A DNA stretch of 24,725 nt, from positions 1 to 24,725 of the forward strand of contig CAZFZC010000001.1 in NCBI GenBank assembly GCA_964523155.1, written 5' to 3'. The DNA comes from an uncultured Methanosarcinales archaeon (lineage in GTDB: Archaea > Nanobdellota > Nanobdellia > Woesearchaeales > DSVV01). Positions 24,725-24,725 of this stretch are shown here, piece after piece (position 1 is the first letter of the stretch; every line of letters begins with the position of its first letter). A program made the translations under genes and the position numbers. Below the pieces are notes generated by a model. The model did no database searches, was not told the DNA's origin, and saw only the letters and a list, made by a program, of their open reading frames with translations.

Positions 24725-24725
24725 G

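Overview
Archaeal genomic window, most likely from a DPANN/Woesearchaeota-like organism (inferred from TATA-driven leaderless genes, a psmB-aCPSF1 pair, archaellins, intron-rich tRNAs and large N-glycosylation-rich surface proteins). The left half is mostly housekeeping: a partial membrane-fused spermidine-synthase-like gene, a DHH phosphoesterase, tRNA-Gly(TCC) with three introns, a PC4-like protein with a coupled 51-aa zinc-finger protein missed by the ORF track, rnhB, smc, an orphan CheC-like gene, a PIG-L deacetylase/GT4 glycosyltransferase pair, psmB, aCPSF1 and an S26 peptidase. The right half holds the main finding. An intact archaellin gene is divergent from an operon of ArsR regulator, a 2226-aa secreted adhesin-like protein and a 121-aa protein. 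The giant protein ends in the C-terminal 72 aa of an archaellin domain. The 121-aa protein is the missing N-terminal part (class III signal peptide, helix, first part of the head). The split falls where the intact archaellin carries a variable insert, suggesting a split, gene-order-permuted archaellin that could display a very large adhesin on a filament by fragment complementation. The window ends with a low-GC membrane-protein gene, divergent intron-containing tRNA-Ser(GCT) and initiator tRNA-Met, and a partial Cys-rich surface protein. No CRISPR array, rRNA, transposase or integrase was seen. All family assignments come from motif recognition by eye, not database searches.
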